Shown: in pieces, positions 1 through 12,000 of the stretch | How the letters are laid out: each line of letters begins with the position of its first letter | Position numbering within the stretch: position 1 is the first letter of the stretch | NCBI GenBank assembly: GCA_001724265.1 | Contig: MEDY01000704.1 | Location: 1 to 43,239, forward strand | DNA length: 43,239 nt | Direction: 5' to 3' | Source of the DNA: Rhizaria sp. SCN 62-66 | Lineage: Eukaryota | Made by a program: the position numbers and the translations under genes | The notes under the pieces: model-generated | Databases searched by the model: none | Told to the model about the DNA's origin: nothing | What the model saw: the letters and a program-made list of their open reading frames with translations, nothing else

Positions 1-3000
1 CGAGCTCGCCCGTAATAAGCCGGAAGCCACACGAAGGGTTCGGGCCAGTCGCGTTGTTCGGCAGCACGTCGATCGCCAGCGTCGTGATCTCAGCAGCGAC
101 GGGGTCTAAGCTGACAGTGAAGCGCCAGTCGCGGTTGGCGACAAGGTCACCGTTGAAGGCCATGCGCGGTTCAACACCATCAGTCGTAAATTTGATGCTA
201 CCGCGGACCTTAAGTGGCAGGGAGATCGCCGGAAGAAGATAGTTGCCGGCAGCAAGCTCCGCGTGTAAGTACACTGGCTCACTATTGGTGACAGAGCATG
301 AGACATAGATATCTTTTTGTGCGTCACCAACGGCATACGTGAGCTGTGCAGTGTAGGCAAATGTAACAATGCCTGAATCAGAATAGGTCGTGAAGCCGCA
401 GAGACCGTTCGTCTTGGTGAAAGTGACATAAACGATGGTCATCGCTAGGACAGATGGAATGACTCGCACGCGCACCTGAGTCGTGTTTGTAGCTGGAGCG
501 CGCAAAATGTAAGGAGCAGGCAGCTCATCGGCCCCAGACGCCACAGCCTCAGTACTGAAGAGTTCACGCGATGTCAGATCAGTGATCTCTCGGTTGGCAC
601 CAACAATGTTTGTAGGCACGAAAAAGTCCATCCCAATCAAACCCCACACGGGTGTCGGGCCAATCGTCTCGCCTGTGTATACGTCACTCGTAATCGAGAA
701 AATAGAGCCCACACCATGCGTACGGCGACAAATCATCCGCGCGTAGAACGGTTCTGTGAGCGACGTCTGCTTGAAGACAGGCTCGCTAGTATACAGCGTT
801 GCGCCGTTGTTAAGCAGGAATACACAGTCAGCAGGCGTTGTGATTTGCGTGATCGACACCGACTGCAAGACTGTCGGTGTTGGCACAAATTGACCGATAA
901 TTGTGTACGTCTCACGCACAACAAAGCTCAAATATGACGCAGTGGTCTTGTTGTTGATCATCAGCTGTAGTTCACCTTTGGTCTGCAGTCCGCTCGACTC
1001 AAAACGGTCATAGTAGACCTTAGAGTCCTCTGTAAACAAGGCGCTAATGCGGGGCGGGTCGGAAGCGGGTTGTGCACATGTAATCGAGAATGTCACCTGT
1101 TCGACACCGACCGCGAGACTGAAGTCTTTTGTGTCTGTATCAGCTGCACTTGTCGAAGAAGCCTTGAACACGCAGTTCGCAGAAGGATTTGTAAAGCTGA
1201 GCCCAAAGACGCCACTATCAACAAGTGCTGGCCGGAATGTCAAAGTCATCGGGACTGTGACCGCGCGAGGGAATTCAACGACTGATGTGCTCTCAGTCAA
1301 GTCGATCGTGCTTGCGTCAGCTGTGTCTAAGGCAGGCAGCGCAGCGGTAAGTGTAATGCGCCCCGTGATCCGCACCTGTAGCGCCGTCCACTGCGCAATC
1401 ACTGCGCCTGTACTATCATCAGTGATGCGCGTGGCGAATTGCTCCGAGTAACGCATCACTGTACAGACCACAGTGAAAACAAGCGATCCGGACTCTGCAT
1501 CTTCCGGCAGAAGAGTAGTGCTCACACTCGTAGCGTTAATGTTGTCATTGAAATAGCAGGGTGCGCTGTCAAGCATGTACACGGAAACAGTCACCGAGTT
1601 GGCGCGCTCAGTAGGCAGAACCCACTCTAGCGTGAGAGACAACGGCAACGTATCAATAAAATATTCATGTGGCGCAACTTCAGACATCGGAGTCTCTCCG
1701 AGCGTGTTGGGCGTGCGAGCGGCGTCATATACGGCAGCCTTGGGCGTGAAGAGCACCTGAACAACACTTGCGTGGTGTGAGAGTCGCGCGGGATAGATGT
1801 ACGAGTCGCCGACGCGAGTGAGCGTGAAGTCAATACTTGTGCCCACAGCCACCGCTGCGGTGCTGCAAATTGCAAGCAATGCATGGCGTTGTGTGTTAGT
1901 CGAGATAAGGTTGACGCGGTCTGTCATTTGCTCCGACAAGACACCCTCCGTGATTAACGCACGGTATTCGTCATCATTCTTGATGTGCAACAACTTGGTC
2001 AGACTCGAAACTGGCGCAAAGGCGCAAGCGTCGCCGCCTGCCGAGTGCTGAAAAATGTTTGTGGTGTAACGCTCGACCCGAACCTCAGTGTCAAACTCGA
2101 TATAAAAGGGTGTGAATATAGGAAGTGAAGTAGGAGTTTCAACACCAGTAGGCATGACGGTGAGCATGCGAACAGTGGAGATTAGCCAAGCAGTAATGTA
2201 ATTTGTCGTAATGACATCGTAAGAACCATCGTTGTTGGGGTATGTGACCGACAATGCGATATTGTCAGTCGGCGCCACGCTCTCGTAGCAGTTGATTGCA
2301 GCATAAGTTGTCGAAGTAAGCTGAACAGTCAGAGTTCGAACTTTCGCAGCCGTGCTACTAGACGAAGCCAGAAGAGAACAAGGCACAGAGAGCGGCAAAC
2401 CATTGCGTAGCAGTTCCATCTTCACCGCTGATCGCGTCGAAAATGCGGGCTGTGCCAGCACAGCAAGCTCAATGGGAGGGTTGTTAGCGCCAATGCTAAA
2501 CTCAAGCGCGTAAGTCATCGTTGGCCGAACGAACACCGTGCCGACAATTGGACGCACTGGCATCGTGTCCCCCACAAAGCCTTTGTCTGAAGGAATGACC
2601 ATGTTGATCGTGACACCAGGACTGTACGGCACCGAGCACCGCATGCGGCCAATAACGATACCATTGTCATCAATGCGCTCTAAATCACCGGGAAGCGCGA
2701 TCGAGCCAATCAGCTTTGTTGTGGGGCCATCGCCAGTGACGGCGTTATAGAAACGACAGGTGCCGCTGGTGGTAGAGAATGACAGCGTGTACGACGTATC
2801 CTCAGTCATGGGCACGTTAAAATGCAGAATCACGTCCGTATCAGCACCAGCGGGGTACGATTCAGGCTCAGTGTTGACGGTAGAACCAACGCGAACAGTA
2901 GCGGTCAGATAGTAGGTTGGTGTCACGCGAACAGGTTTCGTCAAAGTAGTGGATAGTGCTGCAGCGTAGCCAGAGGCCAGAGTGCCAACCCAAGGAGTAA

Positions 3001-6000
3001 GCTCTACAACAATCGGGTTGTCATACGTCGTTGCTGCGGAACAACTAAGCATGAAAGTTGTAGAGATCCCTGTGCGGCTTGCAATGGTCACAACAGCTGC
3101 GTTGCCCTCGCCAACAACACACGGTGCGGCACTGCCATCTTGAAACCTGACACGCACGCGATAGACTTGCGATTTGCCAATCTTAACTGCATCTTGCAGC
3201 GCAAGGGGTGAACGTGAAAAGGGCGGGAGGTACGTCAGCGACACAGGACTGCCAGAAGCGAGTGTCATAAGCGTCAACGACCAAGGATATGAATCCGCCG
3301 TAATAGGCGTTGGCACAGATGTGACGGCAACAGTCTGAAGCCCTGTTGGTAGAACAGGCCCATTCCATACGGGAGCCATATTATCAGCAGACCAGAGTGT
3401 GTTTCCTGGATCCTGCGGTGTGACCTGATGCGAGCAAGCAATACTGGCTTGGAACTCCTGTGTCACGTTCATGATCGGGTTGATTACATTTAGGACAATG
3501 ACTTCCCACGTACCTGACGTGGCTGTCATTGCAGCTGTGCCAACAAAGGTCAGCTTATGAGCCAGCTGAGTGATTGCCGTCACAGTACGGGTCGTCGTGG
3601 CAGGAGTCGTTGTGATCGTCACGCTCGTAACATTTGCAAACGATGTTGACTGCGGGCCCCATACGGTGCATACAGGAAGCGTTGGATATGCAAAGCTCTC
3701 AAACGCAAAAGTGAAAGTCCAGTTGGCCAGCACACCACCCCCAAGCTTACTCGGAGAGAACGTAGTCGTCATCTCTTCAGCCATGCGCAGGAACTGCACT
3801 GTGTTACTGGTAGACACACTGGTCGTGCCCATGACAGCAAGGTGTGTGCCATGCGGTGCGTACGCCATGGAGACGACTGAACGCAGCCCAGCGTCATACG
3901 TAAAGTAGCGATACGCGTCAATGCTTTCAGAGTGCAAGTTAATCCGGTCCGCTTGGGTAAGATCGCGAGAGGGTTCGGCTGACACGTGGACCATGCAACC
4001 CGCAGTCTGGTTTGCGCGCAGAATGTAGCGGGTAAGATCTTCGCCGTGCAGCACACGAACGTTCACAAGCGTACCCGAGTCCGCACAGGCCAAAGAAATC
4101 ACGCGCCCTGATGGGTGGACTGCAAGCGCGGCAATGGGACAGACAGTTGATAAACTGGGCACGTGGTTGACGGTGATGGTAACGACACCAGTTGAAGACG
4201 ACAGTTTTACAGCAACAATCACATTCTGTTCAGTGCCGATGTATGCAACACCGTCGGAAACAGCAAAAGCCGCAGAAGTTGGCGTAAGCACGGTGCCATC
4301 GCTGTTTGTGACCCAGTATGTTGAGGCGCCATCAGCCTGCGCGCATGAAAAGCGCACGGTGTCTGCGGTGAACGAAGCAGTGGCGCGATTGGCAGCCGCG
4401 GAGCTCTCGCGGATGTTGGCAACGCACGCACGCATCAGGCCGGACGCATAGACAAACACAACACGCGTCGTGGGCTGAGACGTATTGGTGAGTGACGTCG
4501 GTGCCGTCCAGTCAAACGTAGCGACAATACGGTCACCGACAGCGTTGCCAGAAAACTGAATAGGCGTATCCATGCGCTTGTAGAGCTCACTTGTGAGAAC
4601 GTTGTCTGTGCCCGAAGCACGCATTGTGCGAGGGTTCATGCGCACAAGCATCACAACTTCGTAGGCGTCGTTGTAGACAATAACAAGTCCGCCTGTGAGC
4701 TCAGCGGACGACACAACGTACATGTGCGCAACACCACTAGCACCAAGGCGGAAATAGAACATATTGCTGTCAAATGGGAGGTCAACAAAACTCTGGAGCA
4801 CGTTGGCTGCAAGCGGACCCGTAGTGGGGTCCGGCGCCGTAAAGCGCATGGCGCTGACCTTGCTGCCCGTGCGAGTCGCGGTGACAAGGCTGACAAGGGT
4901 TCCTTGGGGCCCATAGGCTGAAGCCATTGCCGGATCAGGTGCAGCGGCAGTGTTGCGCGTAGCAATCCAGTCGCCTGTGATGACGTTGCTGCGGTGTGTA
5001 AAGCGGTAGCAACCAGAGAAATCACGAGCAAATGTGTAGCACAAAGCATCTTCGGAGTTCGCATACCAGCTTACCTGACCAGGTCCGCGGCTGGGCAAGT
5101 GCGCACCAAGCGGAGCGCGATGTGAGTAGCCGAAATAACCCGCAGGGTTCACAGCAGGGCGCACGTAACTGTAAGGTTGTGTGGGCACAGTCAATGCACC
5201 ACGCGTCATAGTCATTAGGCTGTATGGGTTACTGCCAGTTGATGACGTCGTTAGAAGATCTGCAGAGGCGATCAGAGTCACTTCAAGATCAAGCCGCAAC
5301 AGCAGAGGCGTACCGGTGGCGACATTAGTCACCGCGGATGCACTCGCAGCACACGAGACTTTGCCAACAAATCCAGGCGTGCATGTGACAGAGAGAGTCC
5401 AGTTTGCGTTGGTAGCACGAATAACAGCAGTTTGCTGCGCGACAGTGGCGTACCGCAGTGCAAGAGTCCAGGTCGCGGCAGTGTGCAGCGCGTCGGGCGA
5501 TGTAAACCACACGCGCCACGTCGTAGTCTTACCGCGACCAAACATGGGGTCCGCAATGTAGCTGCCAACAAGCGTCGGTACCACGCCGCCAAACCACGTC
5601 TTCTCAGGAAGCATCACGTCCGACGTTGCGATAAAGCCGGCAATATTTGGAAGCATTGTCACCATGCGCAAGTGCGAAGATAGCTCAACGTCCTTAACGC
5701 CAGTACTTGCGGGGTGAACACCAAAGGCGAGCGCAGCTGAGTACGGTGACAATGAGTCAGCTACGTACCACGGTGCTGCGGTGGTCAGTGGCAGCGATAC
5801 ACTGACATCGTTGACACCTGACGACGAGCGCAATGTTTGAATCAGCGTAGAACCGTTGTACAACGAGCCTGTAAGGGTGAGTGTCAATGTGAATGTGTTA
5901 CTCGCAAATAAAACCTTGTGAGAGGTTGATGCACGTGAAAACTGAACAGTGATTGCAGACGACGTTGGCGACAATGCAACAACGTTGTTGAGAACAGGTA

Positions 6001-9000
6001 ACGCCTTGAACGAGCGCCACTGTGCGGCATTGCCGGCAGCAACGATAAACGACTCGCGATCGGCAGAGGCAACAAGCATTGGAAGATTGCGTTGTGACGG
6101 GACTGTACTCGTAGAAGGAAGAGTGAGGAAAATGCTGCTAAGATCCCCACCAGCTTCATACATCCAGCTGTCGCTGATGCGAGACAAGACAGCAATCGCA
6201 ACCGAACTAAGTGGAATTAAGTTCGGGTTGTTGCGCAGAAGAATAATTTGATTTGCAAACGAAGTGAGTTTGAGGTCAACAACCTGAATGCCTGGGACAA
6301 CGGCAGCGCGCGTGACAGCAATAGTCGAGCCAAGCGAGATGCGATAGATTGTGCTTGCAGGAGCTTCTGCGTCAGTGTTTTGGACAGCAGCAAAGAAACA
6401 AGCGTCCAGCGCTAGTCCATTGTATCCAGCTGGGCACAGGTCGGCGGCAGTGACTACAACGCCCACACGGGAGTCGATGGTGATGCGTGCAGATGTAGTG
6501 AAAGTCACAGCACCAAGTGCCTGCTTGACGGTGACACACTGAGCTCCGGCTGCGTTGGGGATGGAACCACAGACGACAAAAGCAAGCGCGGTAGCACTGG
6601 ACGCCACAGCCGTAATAGTGCTATTCTCGCCAATCGGGTACTCGGTACGCAAAAACTTGGACTGGCCCTCGGCAGTGAAACTAAACACGTGCAACGCACC
6701 ACCCACAGGAAGCACCACAGTTGCCGTCGCTGCACTTGCTGCGAAACTTGTGCGCTCTTGCCAACCAAGAATGATGGGGGTGAACAGCGGTGCCTGATGC
6801 GCGTTTCTATACGGGTATAACGGCTGTTTGTCAATCGATGAAAAAGGAATCGTCGCTGTACTGATCGTGTCGTCGTAAGACGTTTCGATAATTGTCAACT
6901 GCTTGTTGTCGCTGTTCAGAACAACTGTAGTGTCGTCTGGCGCAACGGCAAGCGATACGCGACCACTAGCCACGGACGCGATCTTTTTCCAGGCAGCAAG
7001 CGTGCTAATCTGTGGAGACACATACGGAGTCGGTGTAGTCGCCGATACAGACACGGTGGGCTCGGCAACGTACAGTCCGTCTGAGGCCACGGCGTACATA
7101 AGAGACATGCTCGGTGCAGCCGCTGCGGCGGTGACCTGTGCAAGGTCAGTGAATGGCGTCAGTGGATTACCAATGTGGAACCCGCGAGGGAAAATGCGGT
7201 TGCGCGGGGGAATAGCGCCTATAGTCATCGCAGGCGCAACAACAGCCTCCATCGTGCCTTCAACGTTGGCAACAGGCGCAATCATTGTGAGCGGAGACAT
7301 ACGTAGCGACTCAATAGCTTCGGCAGGTAACGAAGGCATGAAAGAAACACCAGGGATCACAATAGTCATCACGGAGTCAGCCTGTTTCAATGTCGTAGGC
7401 AACGCTGCAGTGTTGGTACACACACATTGCGTGGGCAATACTGCACGCTGTGCATCACTGCGCGCCGCGGTGTTAGCCGTAAACGAAATCGCGTCAAAGG
7501 ACGCCAGCACGTCGCGAAGTCCGGAGGGGCAGACAGTAGCGTTGGCAGCAATGCTAGTTGGTGATGAAGTGGATTGGCCCTCAATGTACAGCGTAATGGT
7601 AGTTGCGCTCGAGTTAGTTCCAACAGGCAGAGAGAAACACATTGCAGTGGCTGACGTCGGCACTGTCTTAATCTGAAGGCGTGACGCAAGTGAGAAAACG
7701 TCACCAAGGCCAGCAAAGCCGGGATCATTAGACACGGTAGTTGAGGCCGTGTAGAAGAAAGCTTGCGGCCCCATGACTGAGAGTTCATTACCAGCAGATA
7801 AAAAACGCAGCGAAGATGTTGAGTTCATTGACAATGGGGCTAACGGCAAGATCTGCGCCCATGGTGTTGGTAAATCATTTGTTTTCAGAAGCCCCGTTGT
7901 CGTGACTGCGGCAGTCGCCGTGCTGTAATAAAAGTTATTCAGAACGGTTGCGCTCGCACCAGAAAGCAAAGTAACAGTGGCCGTCGTGACTAAAGTTAAC
8001 GCATCGCGGTAGTACACATTGCTCGCATGCAAATGTGTAACGGTAAGAACGCAGTTATCATTGACAGCAGCAGCCTGATACTCAAGCTCAATACGGAAGC
8101 CAGGAGCGTAGGTAACAGTCGTGCCATCGGCAGACAACGCGCTTGCGTACCGCTCAAACTTACGCGACGTCGCGAGCGTCTTTACAGCAAGTGTGCCGCA
8201 CTGCAGCGTAGTGCTACCGGCGTTAGAGAAGAAAAACTTGGCGCTTTCATGCACAGGGTCAGAAGCAACCGTGATAGTCGGGAACAGCACGAGCAATACC
8301 GACAGTGGATTTGGCGACACCGCAATGAAGGTTGCAGCGGGAGCGCGGAAGTTAACCGTAAGAGACACGCCGCGTGCGTATCCACTGCCAAGAGCAGTCG
8401 GTACGACAGTGACGCTTGAGGTTAGCGCCTGATACCAGTCAGAACGTAGAGGCACTATACTGGTACCCTGCTCAAGGATGTTGTTCGTCATACTATCAAG
8501 ATTCATCGTGATCTTGGCAGTGACTTCGCGCGATGTGACAGTCGAGTCGACAGAAGAGCCACTGCGCACAATGATCATTTGTGAGTTCGCAGGCCAACCC
8601 TTGGTGAACTGCAGTGACACGCGTCGCTCTGCTGGGACCAAAGTCTGAACGACGTTGGTGATTGTGGTATGAGCAGAATCAAGAACAGACACGCTAAACG
8701 TGGCAGTAGTGACCCACGGCACTATGAGTGAAAGATAGTAACCTGCAGGAATGCCAAGCGAAGAAATAATAGCAAATGAAATGTCGAACTTATCGCTAAA
8801 TGCATATCCAGCAATTCCCTCGACTGGTGGCCGCATAGCACCGGCCACTGTGGCAAACTTGCCATTCAGGTGCATCGCATACAATGCGATCTGTGTCGCG
8901 GGGATGGGAGCCGCCACGGGCAGTGTTGCCGTCTTGCTCATCACAACTGCTGCACTTGTGCCGAAGTGCGTCGCGAGAGTCACAGCAGTGTCCGCCGATG

Positions 9001-12000
9001 AGGAGCAGTACACTCCAGGAACGTACGCCACAACTGGGATCGCGGTAGCCGTGATGGAAAACTCAAGTGCATCAACAACGGGTGTCTTGTACAGGGACGC
9101 GCTGCTCGGGTTGCTTACCAATACAACATTGTCGGAAAACCCCAGCGTCTTTGTGCCAACAGCTGGGAAGTAGTTGCACGCAGAACCCATGGTAAGCGAG
9201 AAACGCGCCTCATTGACCTGCGCAACAGTGAGATCAGTGATATTGATCTTAACGTAGCCCACTGCGGAGTAGTCCCCTTGCGCGCGCGTGCTCAACGTGA
9301 GTACAGCGGGCAGCTCGGTGTCGGGCAGCGATGACAAACGCGCCAGGTGTCTGTAGCGAACGAGTCCGCCTCGAGAGAGAATTTCTACGATGAAACTCTC
9401 CGACGCCATCACGGGGATGACGATGGGTAATGTGGCAATTAGATTCGGTTGACGCGCACCAAAGCAGTACGCGCGTCCTTCAGTTTGAGGGCGCAAAATG
9501 ATCCACCGCTGCTTGCTCGAGACAGTGGCTGTCAACGACACTGCAGTCGTGCCACTGGCCGCGAGGTCAGGCGAGCTCCAAGTGTACTGCGCGGCGGCCA
9601 GTGCTTCCCAGGCCATGTTGGTGCGCGCAGATAGTGGCGGTGTAAGGCGGAAGTACTCCCCCGAGTCAAGCACAATGTCGCCTCCGCTGCACAGCGTTGG
9701 CGCAGGAGTCAACGTGTGCACGGCAGTGCGTGCGACCGTGCCTGCAGTAACGGTGTCAGTGCCAGTGGATGTGTCACCACCAGTAAGTGTGCCACGCGGG
9801 GCAGTAAAAAGTCCGCTATAAAGCACACGGCGGTCTCCAGGGCCCACCACGGTTGCTGTGATCGACAAACGCAGCATAGCGCGCTCCTCTGTTGTCGGTC
9901 CAGGCACAAAGCCGCTTGTGACAGAAACAGTCAGCTGGCCGGATGCAGGTAGAGAGCAGCTTGATATCGGACAAAGCAAAGAAGTCGAGATGTTGGGGAA
10001 AATAACGTTGTTTAGCTCACACTCTACTGCACAGCTATTGAATGTGACTGAAGTTGTGGTCTTACTCGCACCAGCAACAAAACGCGTCCCGAAACGACCC
10101 CCAAGGATTTCAACTTCAGCATACAACGCACTCGAGATCGTGTTTGCATAATACGACAACACAGGCTTCATCACTAGAAGCCCGTTATGCGAAGTCGGGG
10201 ACGCAAAAGTGAATACAGGGTCAACACCGGTTAGCTCGATCACCCCTAACGGAGGACGAACTTGGGCAACAGCACGACGCGCAGTACCAGAGCGCAGCTC
10301 AATCTCGAGTTGCTGTTCCACTAAGAAGCTGACTGCAGAGATGATAACCTCTAGTGTAAGCGCGGAGTAGCCGTTGGCAAGACAGTTGGTCAGTGCAATC
10401 GCGGCGCCCGTCGTCGCTGGCGTGCAAGGCGTAGAGCCTAGTGTCGGGCTGGTGCGCGTCGCACTCTCGAGCCGCACGCCAGTGGGCGTAGTGTGAGGCG
10501 AGGCGTCGCGCGTGACGAGCGCGAGGGTCATGCTGGGCGTGATATCGACGAGTCCCGTCCACGCCACACTGCACTTCATCCGGTAGCGCGTCTCGGTAAG
10601 AACCATGGCGCAATCCGCGGTGGCATACACGGGTCGAAGTCCTGCAGCAAATGTGTTGCTTGAGATCGTGTACGTTGCGCGTGTGTCCTGCTGTAAAGCG
10701 CCGTATCCGAGTGAGACAGCACGGTTCAGTCGCGTTGCGTTAGCTGTTAGGGTGTTGCGCATTGAGTAGTGCTCTAGCGCGACTGTGACAAGCTCTGGGG
10801 TCTCCACCAGCGTGACTGTCACGCTGGTGACGGTCATAACAACACTAACGTTGACCATAGTGCTGATTTTGGGAATGGTGATTTCGCCCTCAGCGGGCAC
10901 GGACACAGCAGTCGAGGCAGAGCCGGCACCGACTTTAAGCGTGTATTTCGCGCTGGCGTACGTGAAACCGGTCAAAGGAAGCTGCACCACCCAGTATTGC
11001 AGCGCCGCAGTATTGAGAGTCGTAGTATCAAACAGAGTGATCGAAAAAGTGCGCAGTAAAGGTGAAGCAGCAGTTGCAGTAACTGTGAACGCCGTTGCAC
11101 TGAATGGCATCGCGGGTGGAGCCAGCTGCTGCTGGATAATGCCCGCAGGCATGCGCACAGGAGCCGTGGCGTAAGGCCGTGTCAAACCCGTTGAAGTTTC
11201 CTTGACATACACGCTCACTGACGTAAACAGCGGGACTGTGCCCGCGAATGTGGCAGTGACAGGAATGCGCACAGTGCAAGGCGCGGTCGGTAGACACACA
11301 CCAACGGCGGATGTGGGTGCACTGGGGCCAAACTCAACAGCGCCGGAGGCCGGGGAAGCCACCTTCCAGTCAATCTTACTAGTGGTCACAAAGCCAGTAT
11401 GACTGTAGAATGTAAGCCCGCTAAAGTCGCGCAGCAAAGCAATGAAAGAAAAGTCGTTGGTTGTCGCCACAAACTTTTCGTCGCCCAAGTCAAGACTAAG
11501 GTGGTGAGTCGCGCCCTGAGTCGCATCTGAGCTGAGTGTACGTTCGAGCTCAGCAGTCAAAAGCGGGCGTGACCAGACGGGAGTCATAGGAATGCCTGTG
11601 AGCGTAAAAGCGTCGTATGCCATCTTGACTGAGATACAGCCAGGACCTAAGTAAGGTGTTTCTTCGATGTTGTTGACAGTCGTGGGAAAGTTAATGTAGT
11701 CGAATCCAAACGCAAAAACGTCCTTGTTGCCCCAAGGACCGCCGGTGCAGGTGGCAACAAGCTCAGATCCCGAGGCCGAGGTGCGCGTACAGCTGGAGCC
11801 AAGTGTGTAAAATGTGGTCGAGGTGACTGTGAGCCCAGCAGGGCAGTTGCCAGCCGTCGAGTTAGAGACAGTCACAATAACTTTAACTGAGGTTGCAGAA
11901 ATTGGAACCATAAGCACGGTGCGGATGTCAGCGCGGGCATGCTGCAGTGACGAAGAGGAGCTGCGTACCATTGATAAATCGTACATGAACGCGTTGGGTG

